Positions 25,191 through 36,075 of a stretch of 64,000 nt of DNA are shown one piece after another (within the stretch, counting starts at the first letter, position 1; the number at the start of each line of letters is the position of its first letter). The stretch comes from Octopus vulgaris (Eukaryota): contig OX597831.1 in NCBI GenBank assembly GCA_951406725.2, positions 6,696,001 through 6,760,000 of the forward strand, read 5' to 3'. The notes beneath the pieces were generated by a model, which saw only the letters and a list, made by a program, of their open reading frames with translations, was not told where the DNA came from and made no database searches. A program made the translations under genes and the position numbers.

Positions 25191-27957
25191 TTAACTTTTT
25201 CGTTACTATATTTCTGACCGAAATACACCCCTCATGAGTTTCATTTGAATTCTAAAATAATCATGAATTGTGGGGGCAGTCACTCATCTCAAAAGAAACT
25301 CATAATTTTCTAAGAGATCAATTATTTTATTGATCTTTACTTTAAATATTTTATTTTTCGCATCTTGAGCTGCAATATGTCCGAATGCATGTGTTGGGGT
25401 GTTTTTCATTTTTACCATTTCCTTCACAGACTTTTGTTACATTTGATCCAAATTGTTCTTAACTCAGCATTACTAATGTGTGCAAAATATTTTGTTTAGT
25501 TGGTCTCTCAAGAACTACATAGTTCTTTTAATGATTTTATTCAACCATTTGTTGCCAAGGCTGAATAAGAAGTGCTATTTGTTGGTAGTTGGTGCTTGGT
25601 TTCAGTAAAAGTTCAGAGAACAAAAACATAGCAATTAACAGAAATAGAAACGTGTTTGGAACAGCAAAAGATTCTCCTGCAGTTTTTATTGACTATTTTC
25701 TGTCAGATGTTTTGACATAATCTTATAATCCTGATTAAATGGCTTAAGAAATACCATTGGTTTTTAGCTTCCTTTGTGGGCAGTAAGTTGCATACATTAA
25801 CCTCTAACACAGAATTAGCTGAAAATATTGTTTGTTTTTTTCGAGAGAGTGAGAGAGAGAGTATAATAAGGGCTTTAAGTTTTCCTTTGATATATTCACC
25901 CTCAAACGTGCCAAAGGTCTTTATGTTGTCAAGTGTTTTACTAAATATTTTCTAATCATTGCTTATTCAGTTATGAACCCCAACAATCCTGGGTGAAAGT
26001 TTTGTTGAGTAGGGAGTGGATGGAACAACTTGAACCTATAAAGTATTGTTTATTTGATTCTGTTTAATATACCTAAACTGAAATATTATTTAAACTGGCC
26101 AGATCCAGCCTCTCACCTATCCTACAATGCCATTCTAAAAATAGTCATAATGTAAATAGATAAGCATTACATTGGAGAGAGTAATCTGAATGCTAATGAA
26201 TTAATTCTATTAACGGCACAGGTATCACAACTACTAAATATCAATGGAAATAGTAGTTGTGATACCTGTGCCGGTGGCACATAAAAAGCACCATCCGAAC
26301 GTGGCTGATGCCAGCGCCGCCTCAACTGGCTTCTGTGCCGGTGGCACGTTAAAAGCACCAACCAATTGTGGCCGCTGCCAGACTCCCCTGGCACGTAAAA
26401 AGCGCCCACTACACTCCGGAGTGGTTGGCGTGAGGAAGGGCATCGAGCTGTAGAAACACTGCCAGATCAGACTGGAGCCTGGTGCAGCCTCCTGGTTGAA
26501 CCGTCCAACCGGTGCTAGCGCGGTAAACAGACATTAAACGATGATGATGATGAATCCAAAGTTGTCATCATCGTTTAACATCCACTTTCCATGCTAGCAT
26601 GGGTTGGATGAATGACTGAGGGCTGGTGAACCAGATGGCTGCACCAGGCTTCAGTCTTGATCTGGCAGTGTTTCTACAGCTGGATGCCCTTCCTAACACC
26701 AACCACTCCGAGAGTGTAGAGGGTGCTTTTATGTGCCACCGGTACAAGGGCCAGTCAGGTGGTTGTGGCAACGACCTCACTCGGATCTTTTACACATGCC
26801 ACAGGCACATAAAACTTAAACTCTGCAATTTGTATTAATGGAGTCACTGTTATTCTGGAATCTGAATTATTCAGTTATCAGACATTTAAACCAGCCATAT
26901 CCAGTCAAAATATTCTACTTGTTATATGTTCAAACTGGCCAGGTGTGGCCTTTTGCACCTACCCTACAATGTCAGTCTATAAACATGCACCCCTTCAAAA
27001 TCACAAAAGTTTTGAGATAATGCATGATTAATTCAAAACAATTTGAATAGATGTGCAATAAATTTGTCTGACTAATCCAAATGCTGAAGGGTTAATATGG
27101 TTTAGACTCTGAGAAACATGAGGTACCTTTACAATTCATATGTGAAGTGTTCTTTGAAATATTTTCATTTGTTAGGATTTTTTTTTTTTCTTGAAAAGCA
27201 TATTATATTTTTATAAAGTCTGGTATTTTAATGATTAAGAAAAGTTGAACCTCCAACTTACACTTAAAGGATTTTATACAATATTGTAGGTTAGATTGAT
27301 AACAGCATTCACCAACTGAAACGAAAGAATCAGTCAATAGTATGACAGTGGTAAAATATCTAAACTGTAAGTTTGTTGTAACTGTTGTTGTTTACTTTAA
27401 TGACAGCTTTGATCTAGAAGTCTTGTGGCAAACAATTGGTCAGCCAAATGACTGGGGACTTGACTTGAGACAGCATTCACCTGGGGCGGGTTGAGCTGGC
27501 TTTATTCATCCTCAATGCTGCATCTCACAAACACCGACCAGGCCTGGTGATTTGAGGCTAACGACCGTGTGATCTCCAACCACTCCTTATTCCAGCGGCC
27601 AACGCCGTAGATATGGGGGCCTAGGTTCCAGATCAGCCTTGACTGTCATCAGCCAGGTTTTTCAGTTGGTGAACGCTGTTATCAATTTAACCTACAATGA
27701 CTGGGGAAGAGGCCCAGATATCTGTTGTGCCATTTCAATTAACCTAATTGAAAACCATATTGCACATTGTGGAACAGCTGGTGATTAATAATGTTGCTGT
27801 AATGACCAGCAAATAATAAAGTTGGAGATTTTAAAGAGTTTTATTTTTGTTAAACCTTTCAGTTCTCTTGTAATGTAAATATTTACCAAGTAGGATGTAT
27901 CTTGAGAGTTGTGATTAAAATCTAATATTTTGTACTTTGGTTTTGTTCTATCTGCAG

Positions 27958-28330
27958 GTATCATGGTCGTGATCGTAGAGGATGGCATGGCGGACGTGGT
28001 GGTGGCGGCGGCGGCTACAGAGATCGTGGCTATCATGATCGAGGAGGGAACTATTATGATCGCAACAGTGGGGGTTACCGCAATTACCATAATCGCAATG
28101 ATGGTTACCATGATCGTGGCGGCAATTATCGCGACCGCAGTGGAGGCTATCACAACTATGGTGGTAGTGGTGGTGGCTACCATGGCGGTGGTGGTGGTGG
28201 TGGTGGATACCATGGTGGCAGGAATCATGGTGGGGGTGGGGGTTATCGGGGTGGCTATCAAAATCATAACCAATACCAGGCACGTCAATATTATAATAGA
28301 GACCGATACAATCCGTACCAAAGGAATTAA
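27958..28330 (+). CDS. RAMAC: RAM last coding exon: Gly/Tyr/Arg/His/Asn-rich low-complexity tail ending RDRYNPYQRN*
   Basis: TCTATCTGCAG acceptor; phase 2 fits the upstream exon; open frame YHGRDRRGWHGGRGGG... to TAA 28328-28330; AATAAA at 28424 and 28549. Confidence 0.85.
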
Positions 28331-30059
28331 CTTTGGATCATTGATATATAGTGGTGCTCCAGTCTGATAAAAGACAGGGCTGAGGGGAAAATATTGTTAA
28401 ATCCTTTACTTGGTTAACTTTCAAATAAAATATGAATGAACTTCTTATTCCAGTCCATTGCAAAAACAAGAAAAAAAAGGGTTAACCACCATTATTCATC
28501 TTTTTAAATTTGATCATTATCTTTTTTTTAAACATTGGTTTTTGGAAAAATAAAATTTAAAAATTACAAAATGTGTTTGATTGTAATCTTTTTAAATCTG
28601 GTCCTCTTTAATTCCATTTTACTCTCTTTGTGTCCGTGTTACAAATCAGCTGATCATTTTTAGCTGTACTTCTTATTTTTGGCACTGATGCTGTTCCCTT
28701 TGTAGGCACAAATGTAGTTCTTTCCCAAATAAATTGTACTTTATATTCGAGGCTCTGATGAAGCTGTCAGCTGTTATTCAGGCACTCAGCTACAAGTCCG
28801 CTGCATCTTATGGCAGAAACACCTGTGAGCTAATGAAGTTCATAAAATAATCCTTTATTCCTTTGTCATCCTTCTTTCTTATCGCTGCTCTATACTCAGC
28901 CAACACTTCCTTCTCAAACATCCATATATTGAGTTATACACAAAGTTATTGGTTTCGCGATGCCTAAGTGAAATATATATTATTGGAAGAAAGAAAAACT
29001 TGCCTCAATAAATGGAAAAGTGAACATTGAAGAATGATTATTATCTATGCGTGTGTGTGTATTTATGTATATATGTATATATATATATATAGGAGTGGCT
29101 CTGTGGTAAGTAGCTTGTTTACCAACCACATGGTTCCGGGTTCAGTCCCACTGTGTGGCACCATGGGCAAGTGTCTTCTGCTATAGCCTCGGGCCGACCA
29201 AAGCCTTGTGAGTGGATTTGGTAGACGGAAACTGAAAGAAGCCTGTCGTATATATGTGTGTGTGTGTGTGTTTGTCCCCCTAGCATTGCTTGACAACCGA
29301 TGCTGGTGTGCTTATGTCCCCATCACTTAGCGGTTCGGCAAAAGAGACCGATAGAATAAGTACTGGGCTTACAAAGAATAAGTCCCGGGGTCGAGTTGCT
29401 CGATTAAAAGGTGGTGCTCCAGCATGGCCGCAGTCAAATGACTGAAACAAGTAAAAGAGAAAAAAGATATATATATATATATACGCGCACACACACTGGG
29501 TGCTTAGGTTAAATTTGACAATTTGCATGAAAGGGAAAAGAAAACAATTTCCCATCAAAAAATAAACGTCATCATCGTTTAACGTCTGCTTTCCATGCTA
29601 GCATGGGTTGGATGATTTTGACTGAGGGCTGATGACCCAGGCTCCAATCTTGATCTGGCAGAGTTTCTACAGCTGGATGCCCTTCCTAACGCCAACCACT
29701 CCGAGAATGTAATGGGTGCTTTTTATGTGCCGCCGGCACGGGGGCCAGTCGGGCAGTGCTGGCAACAACCTTGCTCGAATCTTTTTACACATGCCAGTAA
29801 GGCAATGTTGGTAACGATCAAGCTCGAATGGTGTCCTTTTACGTGCCGCTGGCACAGAAGCCAGTTGGCTGCTCTGGGAGCGATCACATTCGGATGGTGC
29901 TCTTGGCACCCTACTAGCATGGGCACAAGTGCTGGTAACGATCACGCTCGAATGGTGCCTTTTAAGTGCCACTGGCACAGAAGCCGGTTAGCTGCTCTGT
30001 CAATGATCACACTCGTATGGTGCTCTTTGCACCCTGCTAGCATGGACGCCAATTTTTAA

Positions 30060-30650
30060 AAATTCATACATTCTCAACTGGATGGCTGGGAGATAACAGT
30101 TTCCTCAAAGTATCTGCCCTCAGCTTCCTCCACAGCCTCAAGACGGCTCTGGAATCTGTCAATACTTCCTTGGTGTTGCTGGCAGACTGGTCAGTGTCTT
30201 GACCATACCCAAAACATAATAATCCATAGGATTACAATTGAGGGAAATTAGGTGCACAGAAATTGAAGTTGGTAAAGTTGTGTAAATCCTCCAACAACTA
30301 TTGGGTCGTCCCATAAATAATGCAGTTTTTTTATGCTTCATTTATTTTTCAAAATTCTTTTTTAATCTAAAATATACTCTCCTTCATTTTCTACAATGCT
30401 CTTCCATTTATCTGATAAATTTGCAAGGCTCCTCTTCCAAAATTCACTTGTCCGTGACGAAAAATACTCCTCCAGTGCTGTTCTAACCACATCTACAGAA
30501 TTAATATTTTTTCCGTCCAAATGATTTTGATGACTGGAATATGGTGGGTGGGGCATCATTTCCCATTCAAACTGCTCCAGCCTTTGGAATGTCATCCTCG
30601 CTGTATGTGGCCCAGCATTATGCTGATGGAAGAACACCTTTCATCTTGAA
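30060..30650 (-). mobile_element. Tc1/mariner transposase catalytic-domain remnants
   Basis: HQHNAGPHTA..WEMMPHPPYS (mariner) and SLNCNPMDYYVLG (SPDLNPLDY-like). Confidence 0.75.
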
Positions 30651-31310
30651 ACTAATTATTAAACCTGCATAACCATGTGTCTTAATGGTAAGAAACTATT
30701 CATAGCTCTTATTTTAATACAGTCTGCATCATCATTTAACATCCGTTTTCTGTGCTAGCATGGGTTGGACAGTTTGACCAGGGTCTGGGAAGCCAGGAGG
30801 CTGCACTAGGCTGCAGTCTGATCTGGCAGAGTTTCTACAGCTGGATGCCCTTCCTAACGCCAACCACTCCATGAGTGTAGTGGGTGCTTTCTATGTGCTA
30901 CCAGCACAGGTGCCAGGGGAGGCTGGCAGCGGTCACGATCGGTTGATGCTTTTTACGTGCCACCGGCAAAGGTGCCTTACTTACGATCTCCATTTGATAT
31001 TTATTTTGATGTTGATTTTCTCACTGGATGGAGTAATTTCTTTGTTGATCTTACCATAACAAAATAATAAGCTACATATATTATAATATATGTATATGCA
31101 GGGTGTCCACAAAAACACTCCCAACAGCATTGTTCTGGTGTGGTGGCCATCTTGGATTTCCTTGTGTTCACGTCAAAGATGATAGGTTACCTGAAAGTAA
31201 GAGAAAATTGTTAGGGAATCTGTGGACACTATAATTATAAATATTGAATTGATTTAGATATAGCATCGTGAAATCAGGGAGTGTTTTTATTGACACCTTA
31301 TATATGTGTG

Positions 31311-31575
31311 TGGAGGTGCAATGGCCCAGTGGTTAGGGCAGCGGACTCGCAGTTTTGATTCCCAGACCGAGTGTTGTGAGTGTTTATTGAGCAAAAACAC
31401 ATAAAGCTCCATGAGGATCTGGCAGGGGGTGGTGACGATCCCTGCTGTACTCTTTCGCCACAACTTTCTCTCTTTCTTCTGTTGGCCTGCTCGCTCAGCC
31501 AGCGGGGTGGCGTCATTTGAAGGCTAAAACAATGCAAAGTGCATTGTGACCAGCGATGTGTAGTAACATATAATA
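31311..31575 (+). mobile_element. Third tRNA-derived SINE family copy
   Basis: TGGCCCAGTGGTTAGGGCAGCGGACT A-box-like head and degenerate B box; unrelated body. Confidence 0.6.
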
Positions 31576-31601
31576 GCCTGGTCAATGACGGTGATATATA
31601 T

Positions 31602-31800
31602 ATCTGTAAAACAATATGTGACAATTATTCGGTAGCCAAGATAAAACTCTCGGATGCCGAGGTGGAAATCCACACTACCATCTCTTCGGTTATCTGGCCA
31701 GATAACCGAAGAGATGGTAGTGTGGATTTCCACCTCAGCATCCAAAACTCAGGGTTTTATCTTGGCTACCGAATAATTGCCACATATTATATTTACAGAT
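31602..31800. repeat. ~200-bp loopless palindrome
   Basis: Centre TCTGG|CCAGA at 31697/31698; arms complementary apart from a few substitutions and indels. Confidence 0.95.
31698..31765 (+). ncRNA. Hammerhead-like motif of a second family in the right arm of a palindrome
   Basis: Stem I CCAGATAA/TTATC(T)TGG; core CCGAAGA; stem II GATG...CATC with inner GTGG-ATTT-CCAC; AAAA in place of GAAA; stem III ACTC-A-GGGT; then T. Confidence 0.5.
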
Positions 31801-33052
31801 AAATTTCCTCTATTTACATAATATTGAAGTCTCTTTCTTTCTTTTGTTATCTTACCATTTTTACCAATATGTGTGTGTGTGCATATATATATATTTGTAC
31901 ATATATACACACATATATATAAATACACATGTCTATATATTGAAAACACTAAATGATATAAATCTTTTGAGATATGCCTTCATACACACACACATTTTGA
32001 TTATTTGTTATATATATATACAAATAATAATATAAATTATACAGGGATGAAAGTTTGAAGTATTGTTCTTGCTGGTGGTGATAATGGTGTTGTTTAGCAC
32101 CAGATTTTCCATTGTTTTTCAGACTCTAAAACCAATCAACGCCATTCCATTCCAGCCCTGACCATCCTATCTATCATCTTCTCAGGCATTGTTTATCTAG
32201 GATTACACCATGCAATGTGTCCTTTTCAAGATGATAGTGTATATAATTTGAACAAAATACCTGCTATTTCTAGCAGATCGACTAACCACACAGACTCCCA
32301 AATTTTTTTTAAAGTCTAATATATATATATATATATATATTTTTGTCATGATGGCAGTTGTCTTTCTGAAGACTCCTCAACAGCGATGATTGATGGAGGA
32401 GACACTGAAATAGCAGCTGTGACTGCTGCCAGCTCTGCTCATAAAATGGCATTTTTATTCATTACTCAACGGTTAATTTTTAATGACAAAATAGAGTTTA
32501 AGAATTAATCATTAAAAGAAGTCGAAAGTTTCGAGAGAGAGAAAGAAAGCCATAAAGAATGGTTTTCTTCTTCAAATTTTAATTGGTATCTGGTGTCTCT
32601 GACGTTTCCAATGAACTTGCCTTCAAATAAATAAAATAATTAAAAGATAAAAAAAAAAAAAAAAATTAATATTACACATATCTGATGTCGCTAATGTATA
32701 TATGCTGCTGTGTGTGTGTGTGTGTGTGATGATTTAATATGCTTATGTTTCTTTGTTATCAATTATTCACTTTATTGTATAAACATGCTTCCCCACACTT
32801 AAATACACACAATAAATTACATTCACAACAGAGGTTTATGTATGTGTTTGTGTTTGTGTGTGTGTGTGCATGTATGAGTGTGAGTATAAAAACAACAGTC
32901 AGTCACTAAACACACTCATTCCGGAAGGGGAGATTAATTCTGTGCATGAATGTGACTATAAGTGTGTGTGTGTACGGGGGGGGGGGGGTGTTTCACAATA
33001 ATAGTCTTCATGTATTTTTGGATTTCAAAGATATTTTAATTATATATTTATA

Positions 33053-33430
33053 TAGGCGCAGGAGTGGTAAGTAGCTTGCTTACCAACCACATGGTTCCGG
33101 GTTCAGTCCCACTGCGTGGCACCTTGGGCGAGTGTCTTCTACTATAGCCTCGGGCCGACCGAAGCCTTGTCAGTGGATTTGGTAGACGGAAACTGAAAGA
33201 AGCCCGTCGTATATATGTATATATATATATGTTTGTGTGTCTGCGTTTGTTCCCTCAACATCGCTTGACAACCGATGCTGGTGTGTTTACATCACCGTAA
33301 CTTAGCAGTTCAGCAAAAGCGACCGATAGAATAAGTACTAGGCTTACAAAGGATAAGTCCTGGGGTCGATTTGCTCGACTAAAGGCGGTGCTCCAGCATG
33401 GCCACAGTCAAATGACTGAAACAAGTAAAA
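33053..33430 (+). mobile_element. tRNA-derived CORE-type SINE (octopus OR-like), full-length representative
   Basis: A/B-box head (GGTTCAGTCCC), CORE-like GTGGCACCTTGGGCGAGT, internal (TA)/(TG), tail ending GAAACAAGTAAAA. Copies at 55-219(-), 4966-5120, 29090-29460, 44411-44780. Confidence 0.85.
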
Positions 33431-33699
33431 TAGTATATACACGTGCAGCTTATAAATTATCTGCTTTTAAATATACAGGTATGTTTTCATATGTGCATGT
33501 ATGTATGTGTGTGTGTATATACTATGTATATACATGTATATAAAATATTTAAGCATTAGTTTGGCAAAATATTTTTGTTGAACTTAACAAATATAGATTG
33601 TGTCTTTTATTTTATTCACCCTCACACTTATCTTTGAGTACTTTATTCATCATTCAATGTTTGTCTTAGATGCTAGCATGGGTTGGATGGTTTGACGAA

Positions 33700-33930
33700 G
33701 GCGGCGAGCTGGCAGAAACGTTAGCATGCTGGGTGAAATGCTTTGCGGTATTTCGTCTGCCACTACGTTCTGAGTTCAAATTCCGCCAAGGTCGACTTTG
33801 CCTTTCATCCTTTCGGGGTCGATAAATTAAGTACCAGTTACGCACTGGGATCGATATAATCGACTTAATCCGTTTGTCTGTCCTGGTTTGTCCCCTCTGT
33901 GTTTAGCCCCTTGTGGGTAGTGAAGAAATA
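33700..33930 (+). mobile_element. tRNA-derived SINE with Nin/Deu-like domain (octopus OK-like), representative
   Basis: B box GAGTTCAAATTCC; GCCTTTCATCCTTTCGGGGTCGATAAATTAAGTACCAG. Copies at 8541-8768, 38132-38352, tandem 49126-49518, 1853-2010(-), 5620-5815(-). Confidence 0.8.
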
Positions 33931-34797
33931 GGTTTGACAGCTTAAACACGCTGGAGACACAAAGCAGAGGGGCCAGGAAAGATGGACGAAGTAGGTTGGG
34001 AAACTGACCAACGTAACCAAAGAGTGGACTGGTGTTTGTAAGGGGATGGCTTAATCCCTGAGCCTAGAATGGCAACTTGAGTCATTTTTGCTTGACCTTA
34101 CAAGAGGGGAAGGTTGACAGAGAAGATAGCAGACTGGCCACATCCACTGAAGAGACAATACATCGAAATCATGGGAGCAGGCCATTCTGGATCCCATAGC
34201 AGATGATACTCATCTGCCAATGTTATAAATATGTGTGCTTTTATGGTGTATGAGAGGTCCTCCTTATAGAGACATAGATCAATATTGCAGTATTCAGCAT
34301 TCTAACGAAACATCCAGATTAAATTGGATACAAAGATTGTCTGGTGGTATTAATACTGCTTCTGTTGTTAGTAATTATATATATACACACACACACATAT
34401 ATATAGATGCATATAACATATACATATATATATACATACACACACACACACACAGACATATATATATATATATACATACATATATATATATACATACACA
34501 CATCAGGCGAGGCTGGCAGCGGCCACGATCGGTTGGTGCTTTTTACGTGCCACCAGCACAGAAGCCAGCATCGCCTTGACTGGCTTCTGGCATGTAAAGA
34601 GCACCCACTACACTCACGGAGTGGTTGGCGTTAGGAAGGGCATCCAGCTGTAGAAACACTGCCAGATCAGCCTGGTGCAGCCTCCTGGCTTCCCAGACCC
34701 CGGTCGAACCTTCCAATCCATGTTAGTATGGAAAACGGACATTAAACGATGATGATGATGATGATACAATTTATTAATAAAGCTGCAAAGACATCAC

Positions 34798-34844
34798 AAA
34801 AACTGTTACTCCGAGTTTCATGTTCCTGTTCATTGGGTAGTTTT
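34798..34844 (-). ncRNA. Second, decayed copy of the same hammerhead-like motif
   Basis: Minus strand AAAACTAC-CCAATGA-ACA-GGAA-CAT-GAAA-CTC-G-GAGT-A-ACAGTTTTT, followed by the same GTGATGTCTTTGCAGCTTT tail as the 51567 copy. Confidence 0.5.
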
Positions 34845-35717
34845 GGTTGATAATGGACCAAAAACTAATGTTTTTTAAAAGCCTAGTTAGTACTCAGATG
34901 GGCGGCAACTGCTTGGGAATCTTATGTATGACAGTGAAGCTTGTTTACAACAACTGGGAAAATATCAACACACACACACACACAGAATGGGCTTCTTTCA
35001 ATTTCCATCTGTAAAATCAATTCACAAAATTTTGGTCAGTCCGGAGCAATAATGGAAGACAAGGGGTTTTAACAAAATCAGAAACTCTGCCAGATCAAGA
35101 TTGGATCCTGGTGCAGCCATCTGGTTTGCCAGCCCTCAGTCAAAATCGTCCAACCCATGCTAGCATGGAAAGCGGACGTTAGACGATGATGATGATGAAT
35201 AAAACTAACAATGCAAGTTCCACTGAGAAAGGACTCAATACGGGTATAAAGTGTAAAGTTGATTTCACAGAAAGACAGGGTGACAGGGATATCATGCCAC
35301 AGTGGGCATGAGTTGCTATTTCCATGAGAGATGAAAAAGAAAAGTCACTAAACACTTTTGAAGTGTTTGTAATTTATTTATTTCAAATTTGATGATTCAC
35401 TCCACGTTTACTTTCCTTTTCTTGCTCTGTGTGTGTGTGTGAGTGTTCAGGAGACAGAGAGCAGTGTATAGGCAATTATTGAAATAAATTGGTTAATTCT
35501 AAATACTTCAGCAATTACTTGACCACAAATAAATGTCAAGTAATTCTATTCACTTAACAAACTTTCAATTACCTTTCATTGCTACAACAACACAAAAAAT
35601 GGCAAATACTTTAAATACACACTGTTTTCTTTTAGTTTTCACCTGGCTCAAATGGTCAACTTTAAACTTTTTATTGGATTTTGTCCAATACAAACACAAT
35701 TATTTTCTCAGGAAACT

Positions 35718-36075
35718 ACTTACTTGTACTTGTGGCGACATTCACCCTGGGTGGGTGGAATCGGCTTCTTCTACCACCCTCGAGGCATCTCAAACCATGG
35801 CAGCCCACGCACGATGGTTCTGTGCCAGTTCACTGGAGATAGCAAGCCAGTCACGGTTCCATCGGCGCAGGCCGACCACCTGCGAACCCGTGAGCACGGA
35901 GAGGTCCTCCTTGATCGTCGTAACCCAGGTCTTCAGCTGCCCGCCCACGCATTTCCGCCAGTTGGGAAGCGGAGTTGGGAGAAGGACATCACAGCTCAGT
36001 TCACCCACCGGACACCTACATGCATGGCCAAACTACCGCAAGCGCCATTGCAGAAGGACAGATGGAAGGGGCCGC
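35718..36075 (-). mobile_element. Third RTE-like LINE family 3' fragment
   Basis: R.FGHA...GGQLKTWVTTIKEDL...RRWNRDWL; (CAAGT)-type tail. A related copy at 27459-27695 is flanked by a 12-bp direct repeat AATGACTGGGGA (27447, 27696). Confidence 0.75.

Noticed and set aside
27459-27695. GC-richer island in RAMAC intron 2 (possible ncRNA or exon)
   Set aside because: Minus strand matches the RTE-like 3' end at 35718-36075 and it is flanked by a 12-bp TSD.
27785-28367. ORFs of 178, 145 and 111 aa (poly-Thr, poly-Val, poly-His)
   Set aside because: Alternative-frame shadows of the Gly-rich RAMAC exon; splice phase selects the YHGRDR frame.
33053-33115. tRNA-like sequence with A/B boxes
   Set aside because: Head of a multi-copy SINE; no complete cloverleaf.
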